64,000 bases of DNA. It comes from Antedon mediterranea (lineage: Eukaryota > Animalia > Echinodermata). Made by a program: the position numbers and the translations under genes. Below are positions 62,701 through 64,000 of the stretch, piece by piece (position 1 is the stretch's first letter; each line of letters begins with the position of its first letter). Below the pieces are notes generated by a model. The model made no database searches. It had not been told where the DNA came from and was given only the letters and a program-made list of their open reading frames with translations. The DNA lies in the NCBI RefSeq assembly GCF_964355755.1, contig NC_092676.1, positions 22,028,871 to 22,092,870 of the forward strand, read 5' to 3'.

Positions 62701-63401
62701 CTCTAGCAGTATACACTCTTTGCTTTAATTAAAAGTATACTGTAGCTTTCACACAGTATAATTGCTAAACTGTACACATTCTTCGTAATATGACAATATA
62801 CCACATTGATATTACAACAATATCACATTAAAACACCGGTTTTTGTCAGATCACCAAGTTAAGCAACGTTGGGCCAAGTAAGTAATTTAAAAGGAGACTT
62901 AGGAATACCAACCAATATGATTGGTCGAAGTGGGTGCATCACATCACAATATGAAAATATTAATTTGTGCGCAATGTATGCTGGGATTTATAGCGGGCGA
63001 CTAAAATTATTATTATTAGAATCGACTTATTTTTTAACCGTTTAAAGATGAAAAAAAAATGTTACAATACTGTAGGTCTATAAAGTATTTATTTTTACAT
63101 AAAATGTAGTGTGTGACCTTAAATTAGGTCAAAAAACGTAAATGTCTTTGTCAATGCTACTTCCCACTTTAAATAAGTACATGTACATATTAAGAACAAA
63201 TTCGCAAAGTAATTCTCAGGTCGTTCTCAAACCCACAACCTCCAGATAACTAGCCTGTTATTTGCTTAGTACTTATATTTATTATTAATGTATATTATTA
63301 TTCATAATAATATTTGAAAAAAACAGACTTACCCAAGTGGTAACAGATCCTGCTTGGTTCTGTAGTAATAGAGATGACAAGTACGTTGTTCAAAAACAAA
63401 C
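44751..63401 (-). CDS. TBC1D2B: TBC1 domain family member 2/2B-like Rab-GAP (PH, coiled coil, TBC); 5' end lies beyond the window
   Basis: PH exons 63333-63401 (FVFEQRTCHLYYYRTKQDLLPLG), 62586-62663 (HIDISTASF) and 61171-61243 (MMYWLQELQ). Coiled-coil exons at ~50-57 kb. TBC exons 48266-48361 (QIELDLLRTLPNN, Arg finger), 47857-47981 (GYCQGLN, Gln finger), 47227-47370, 46486-46552 (LVTFNWF), 45550-45729 (RVWDTFLFEGNKVLFR), 45156-45233 (IAFHELNPFP) and last exon 44751-44876 (ELEELDAIREEF...SDEEDD, TGA). Confidence 0.93.
46768..47116. mobile_element. Helentron-associated (HINE/DINE-like) element
   Basis: AACTAGA start; subterminal inverted repeats TACTCGGGGTAC (46798-46809) and GTACCCCGAGTA (47102-47113). 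Confidence 0.65.
49908..50052. repeat. 72-bp perfect tandem duplication overlapping a MITE family B end
   Basis: CCGTAATTTGACAAGAGCCC...CTTGGACA occurs twice. Confidence 0.9.
54563..55136. mobile_element. Helentron-associated (HINE/DINE-like) element containing a tRNA-like segment
   Basis: AACTAGAG start with a small hairpin. Subterminal inverted repeats ACCTCCGCC and GGCGGAGGT. (ACAG)n/(AC)n microsatellite and TGACCTT motifs. Confidence 0.75.
56600..56930. repeat. Degenerate (GAT)n microsatellite
   Basis: GAT/AAT triplet runs within an intron. Confidence 0.9.
58650..60870. mobile_element. Kolobok-like non-autonomous element (~630 bp) carrying a nested second Kolobok-like element
   Basis: TTAA|AGCCCCATTCCCT...AGGGAAGGGGTCT|TTAA. 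TTAA TSD with AG...CT termini. Other copies at 63551-64000 and ~62965-63140. Confidence 0.85.
58755..60345. mobile_element. Nested Kolobok-like non-autonomous element (1591 bp)
   Basis: TTAA|AGGGGGGTTCCGGGTTTAAAA...TTTTAAACCCAGAATCCCCCT|TTAA. The empty site is visible in the degenerate copy near 63035-63050 (AACCGTTTAAAGATGAAAAA). Confidence 0.85.
62813..62910 (+). pseudogene. Degenerate 5S rRNA pseudogene or SINE3 head
   Basis: ACACCGGTTTTTGTCAGATCACC-AAGTTAAGCAACGTTGGGCC...TAGGAATACCA follows the invertebrate 5S pattern with many changes. Confidence 0.7.
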
Positions 63402-63550
63402 CTTTAAATTATTAATAATAAATAAAAATAATGCTTATTATTATATTATTATACTATTATTATATTATAATAAGATGCACTGAAATCAGATATTGTACGT
63501 CATGATAAACACTGGAATACTGTAATGTAACAACTATTCTTATTGGTTAA

Positions 63551-64000
63551 AGACCCCTTCCCTGCAATTTTGGACGTTTTTTGGAAAATAATACATATAT
63601 ATCACTTTAAAAACATTAAACCATGTCATTCCTTGTCTTAAATGTACGTTTTATGGTAAATTATGATAAAAAGTGAGAAACAATGCACTACCTAAGTAGC
63701 TCGCGGCGATCGACCTCTCGTGGACGGTCTTAGGCCTAGCCTAGCTAGGCTTAGTTTTGTAGGCCTAGCTGGTAAACATCGGTAACGTACGAACATCGTA
63801 CGCTAGCTATATACGTTGTCAGTTATTTGCTGCATTAATTGTCTTTCTATTTTTGCCAGACTCCGTTGATACAAATTGGGGAAAACCCGGTATTTTCGCT
63901 GAAAAGTTAGGAGTCTTCCATTTGTTTTGGCCTCACGATCGATCGAAAAGTGGGCGAATTACAGGTGAAAACAAAATATCAATCCGCGCGCAATGCATTT
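63551..64000. mobile_element. Inverted near-identical copy of the outer Kolobok-like element (runs off the window)
   Basis: TTAA|AGACCCCTTCCCTGC...; reverse complement of ~60412-60870 with few differences. Confidence 0.9.

Overview
This is AT-rich, intron-rich animal genomic DNA, probably from an invertebrate deuterostome such as an echinoderm (inference). It is not prokaryotic, and most short ORFs in the track are noise. Three spliced genes could be rebuilt by hand. (1) An 18-exon + strand gene (5885-19122, ~729 aa) encodes a predicted secreted, GPI-anchored protein with four GFRalpha/GDNF-receptor-type Cys-rich domains fused to what look like two C-terminal modules of RECK; this chimeric architecture is the most striking item. 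(2) An ST6GalNAc1/2-type sialyltransferase (+, ~28417-32908) has a last-exon frameshift and a VS-motif E>K change. (3) A TBC1D2/2B-like PH + Rab-GAP gene lies on the - strand (44751 to beyond 63401). Between genes 2 and 3 is a dense transposon nest. It includes a complete Mag-like Ty3/Gypsy element (identical 129-bp LTRs, integrase D>N) inside a Mutator-type element, three more TIR elements with TSDs, a pre-miRNA-sized G:U hairpin and an orphan promoter/first exon. Also present are a transposed copy of one TBC1D2 exon, a Penelope-type hammerhead ribozyme, nested and inverted Kolobok-like elements, Helentron-like elements, MITE families and minisatellites. All coordinates were counted manually and may be off by a few bases.
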